Shown here: piece by piece, positions 59,977 through 64,000 of the stretch | Numbering within the stretch: the first letter of the stretch is position 1 | Layout of the letters: each line of letters starts with the position of its first letter | Origin: Zootoca vivipara | Lineage: Eukaryota | NCBI RefSeq assembly: GCF_963506605.1 | Contig: NC_083288.1 | Span: 28,334,001 to 28,398,000, forward strand | DNA length: 64,000 nt | Direction: 5' to 3' | Notes under the pieces: model-generated | What the model saw: only the letters and a program-made list of their open reading frames with translations | Told to the model about the DNA's origin: nothing | The model's database searches: none | Position numbers and translations under genes: made by a program

Positions 59977-61324
59977 AGTTACAGGTAGGTAGCCGTGTTG
60001 GTCTGAGTCGAAGCAAAATAAAAAAATTCCTTCAGTAGCACCTTAAAGACCAACTAAGTTTATATTTTGGTATGAGCTTTCGTGTGCATGCACACTTCTT
60101 CAGATACACTAGAAACAGAAGTGTCAGACCCTATATATATACAGAGGGTGGTGGGGGTGGGTGGGAATGGGAGATGGGCTGATGGGAGTGGTAAACCTGT
60201 AGATGGGTGTTAATGGCTGCTGATGGCTGCAATTAGTCCTGGGCTGAGGTGCTAAAGAAAGCTTGATCATGCATAATGAGATAAGAATCCGATATCTCTA
60301 TTCATCCCAGGTGCTTCCATGGTTTTAAGCTTGGTAATGATTTCCAATTCAGCAACTTCCCTTTCCAGTCTGTTCCTGATGACTATGTGATGACTAGTGG
60401 GAGAACCTGCTGCAAGACAGACCCAAAAAAGAAAATAACAGAACACCACTAGTCATCACATACAGCTCCCAAGTTAAAACAGTACAACGCATCATCAGAG
60501 ATCTACAGCCTCTCCTGGACAATGACAGCTCCCTTTCTCAAGCTCTGGGAGGAAGACCTTTCATTGCCTACAGACAGCCACCCAATCTTAAACAACTCCT
60601 CACCCACAATAATACAACCACCAGACTTAACATGGACACTGGTACCAGAGCCTGCAATAAACCCAGATGCCAACTTTGCTGCCACATACACCCGGACAAC
60701 ATCATTACTGGCCCCAACAACATCCAACATACCATCTCAGGACTATTTAATTGCTCATCTTCTAACATTGTGTATGCCATCAAATGCCAACGGTGCCCTT
60801 CAGCTCTCTATATTGGACAAACAGGCCAAACCCTACGCCAAAGGATAAATGGACATAAATCTGACATCAGGAACCATAAGACTGAAAAACCAGTAGGAGA
60901 ACACTTCAATCTCCCAGGACATTCTATACAAGATCTCAAAGCAGCTGTTTTATTACAGAGAAATTTCAGGAACAGACTGGAAAGGGAAGTTGCTGAATTG
61001 GAAATCATTACCAAGCTTAAAACCATGGAAGCACCTGGGATGAATAGAGATATCGGATTCTTATCTCATTATGCATGATCAAGCTTTCTTTAGCACCTCA
61101 GCCCAGGACTAATTGCACCCATCAGCAGCCATTAACACCCATCTACAGGTTTACCACTCCCATCAGCCCATCTCCCATTCCCACCCACCCCCACCACCCT
61201 CTGTATATATATAGGGTCTGACACTTCTGTTTCTAGTGTATCTGAAGAAGTGTGCATGCACACGAAAGCTCATACCAAAATATAAACTTAGTTGGTCTTT
61301 AAGGTGCTACTGAAGGAATTTTTT
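59977..61324. mobile_element. Young Penelope-like insertion with ~350-bp inverted arms
   Basis: Intact GIY-YIG (VYAIKCQRCPSALYIGQTG...HF...E) on + at 60632-61078; ~60030-60379 is a near-perfect reverse complement of ~60967-61324; 13-bp TSD tatataaaattgt (59964-59976, 61325-61337); hammerheads at 60070-60107 (-) and 61238-61275 (+). Confidence 0.93.
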
Positions 61325-61614
61325 TATATAAAATTGTGTGCTTCCACATTTTTGTTCATTCTCTGACAGCAATCACTATTTCCCTGTGCATATTTTCATC
61401 AGCCCTCTGGCTCCAAACCAAATTTACTAGTGTATGAATTCAATAACATATACTTCTGACCATACAACATTTTGAATCACTGTGAGCAAGTGTTCACATG
61501 AGAGAGATTATCATAAGGAAGAGGATCAAAGGGTTTGACTGAGGTCTGATCTGTATTTGTGAGTCATTTCTTATATTTGAGAATATAAGGGATTCTTATC
61601 TGTCTGGTGTGAGT

Positions 61615-62574
61615 CTAATGGTCACTAGTGGTAATCGTGGTTTCAGCATTCCTGCTACAAAATATCTTTTTCATGGCTTCCTTCACATCCTGATTCCTGA
61701 GGCAGTAAATGCATGGATTCAACATGGGGGTGACAATTGTGTATACAATGGACACGAGCTTATTGAGATTAAAAGAATGGATTCTTCTTGGTCGGGCATA
61801 CATGAAGAGAGTGGCTGAGTAGAAAATAATAACCACAGTGAGGTGTGAGGCACAGGTGGAAAAGGCTTTTCTTTTCCCCTTGGCTGTGGGGATACGCAAA
61901 ATGGTGCCTATTATGCACACATAGGAGCCAATAGTGACAGACAGTGGGATTATGAGGATAAGGAGGGCAAATACAAAGTCCACCATCTCAGCCACAGTTC
62001 GGTCCGTGCAGGAGAGGTTCAGCAAAGGCGAGATGTCACAGAAGAAATGGTTGATGATGTTGGGTCCACAGAAACTCAAGCGGGAAATGAAGAAGACTTT
62101 CAGCATTGAGATTAGGAAACCAGCAAGCCAAGATCCCACAGCTAACTGCAAACAGAGCCGGGAATTCATAATGACCGGGTAGCGTAGTGGGTTGCAGATG
62201 GCGATGTAGCGATCATAAGCCATGGCAGCCAAGAGGACACACTCGGTGCAGACTAGGGATATGAAAAAGTAGAGCTGGGACATGCAGCCTTCAAAGGAAA
62301 TGCTTTTGTTCTTTGCTAGGAAGTTAACCAGGAGCTTGGGAACAGTCACAGAAATGTACCAGGTCTCCAGAAAAGACAGGTGGCTAAGGAAAAAGTACAT
62401 AGGTTTTTGGAGATGGTTGTTTGTCCTGATCAGAGTGATGATCACAATGTTCTCCAGGAGGGTCAGGATGTAGATGACAAGGAAAATTACAATGAGCAGT
62501 ATTTGGAATTCTATGGCAGTGGGGAATCCAAGGAGAATAAACTCCTGGACTCTGGTCTGGTTTTCCAGCTTCAT
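61615..62574 (-). CDS. Olfactory receptor, class II (OR6-like), 319 aa from MKLENQT
   Basis: Same motifs as, and close paralog of, 52152-53129; acceptor cttgttcttcAG at 62591-62590; the listed 77-aa extension is intronic read-through. Confidence 0.96.
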   Translation of the reverse strand: MKLENQTRVQEFILLGFPTAIEFQILLIVIFLVIYILTLLENIVIITLIRTNNHLQKPMYFFLSHLSFLETWYISVTVPKLLVNFLAKNKSISFEGCMSQLYFFISLVCTECVLLAAMAYDRYIAICNPLRYPVIMNSRLCLQLAVGSWLAGFLISMLKVFFISRLSFCGPNIINHFFCDISPLLNLSCTDRTVAEMVDFVFALLILIIPLSVTIGSYVCIIGTILRIPTAKGKRKAFSTCASHLTVVIIFYSATLFMYARPRRIHSFNLNKLVSIVYTIVTPMLNPCIYCLRNQDVKEAMKKIFCSRNAETTITTSDH

Positions 62575-63376
62575 GCCTGTTCCAATGACCTGAAGAACAA
62601 GGAGTAAACAAAAGCATGCTAAGATGTGGATGATGGTGATAATGCTAGCAAAACAACCCATCATTTTAATGTGTATAAAAATACAAGACAGAATACATGA
62701 AAGAACAGGACAAATCACATTGTGATGACATACCTCACAACAAATACAGTGGCAAAGTTGAATGTACTTCTGCTCTTTCTCTCCACATCTGCATCCACCT
62801 CCCAAAATGTGGTTCCACAGACTAAGGAGGCATTTAAACCTGCTTTTGGAAGTGGATTCAGGGGGCTGCAGATAAGGGATGGTGGGAATTTGAGTCTGAT
62901 GACATTTCCTGCAGCAACAACATGATAATGGGTCATCACAGATCCATTGGAAGGGTCACCGCAACTGAATGGTAGAACATCTGCTTTGCATGGAGAAAGT
63001 CCCAGAGAAACTTTGGAGACCTGCTGCCAGTGAATGCAGAAAATACTGAGCTAGATGAACCAATGATCTGAATTAGCTTCCTATGTTCCTATTACCACCA
63101 ACATAACATATATCACCTTAATCAAACTTATCTAATGGAAATCAAGCATACAATATAGAGGAACCAACTCAAGTAAGAAGCCTGCATTCTAATATCATAA
63201 CCACTGGGTTGGTTCACACATAAATGATTTCCATATAGCATCAGGTGTTGATTTGCATGGTATGTAACCAAGTCAAATTCCACAGCCAAAACTTTTTTAT
63301 CAAACCACATTACCTCAAACACCATGATTCCGCAGCCAGTTCACACATTCAACCACCATGTCAGCAAGTGCAGAGT

Positions 63377-63377
<1 letters not shown>

Positions 63378-63411
<34 letters not shown>

Positions 63412-63715
63412 ATTTATTATTTATACCCCGCCCATCTGCCTGGGTTTCCCCAGCCACTCTGGGCGGCTTACAACAGAAAAATGAAATAAAATAATCTATT
63501 AAACATTAAAAGCCTCCCTAAACAATGCTGCCTTCAGATGTCCTCTAAAAATCTGGTAGCTGTTTTTTTCTTTGACATCTCATGGAAGGGCATTCCACAG
63601 GGCGGGCGCCACCACCGAGAAGGCCCTCTGCCTGGTTGCCTGCAACTCAGCTTCTCGCAACGAGGGAACCGCCAGAAGGCCCTCAGTACTGGACCTCAGT
63701 GTCCGGGCAGACCGG
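63378..63715 (-). mobile_element. L2-like LINE 3' end with (AAC)n tail
   Basis: ORF RTLRS...RAFSVVAPALWNALP; homologous to 32392-32733. Confidence 0.8.
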
Positions 63716-64000
63716 GCAGACAGCATGTGCAAACCAGCCCAATGATGGACACGAGAAATGTATACAACCATTGTACCAAGTACAGTGAGACAACGTTTAT
63801 GCTAAGTTGTGAATACTTTACTTTTAGATCACACTACACTTTTAGTTTACTGTTTGATCTCAGGATCAAGTGAAGTGTTTAGGCAGCATGGTATTTCCAT
63901 AGTTATGGGCATGATCTGGTCTAATATGCAATAGTCCTGTTGAGTTCAGAGCACACATACTTCAGTGCCTGTACTTGGATGGATCATGCTCCACATTTTC

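Noticed and set aside
62575-62805. 77-aa Cys-rich N-terminal extension of the last OR
   Set aside because: Begins at a non-ATG codon and runs through a canonical splice acceptor; the true start is the ATG at 62574.

Overview
Vertebrate genomic DNA, almost certainly a squamate lizard (Sauria SINEs, BovB, Penelope/Poseidon, CR1, L2; lacertid-like is an inference). It is part of an olfactory receptor (OR) cluster with five intact class II OR coding exons: three on + (4260, 15217, 48139) and a paralogous OR6-like pair on - (52152-53129, 61615-62574). These sit in dense, often nested transposon sequence. The largest accessory element is an apparently intact ~7.1 kb Ngaro-type tyrosine-recombinase retrotransposon (~38893-46034) with gag, RT-RNaseH, YR and SGNH hydrolase ORFs. 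It has three unusual properties: (i) a ~330-nt nested multi-stem RNA structure between its last stop codon and poly(A) signal, (ii) an ATG-less hydrolase ORF behind a textbook splice acceptor, and (iii) short imperfect inverted ends with no visible split direct repeats. Other highlights are a candidate OR enhancer at ~23.6-24.1 kb carrying the exact H/P-element 13-mer AACTTTTTAATGA among homeodomain and O/E-like sites, seven Penelope-borne minimal hammerhead ribozyme motifs, an internally deleted BovB derivative, and an orphan poly(A)/TSD retro-insertion. Two assembly gaps are present (29909-30043, 40506-40650). All family assignments are by eye; no database search was run.
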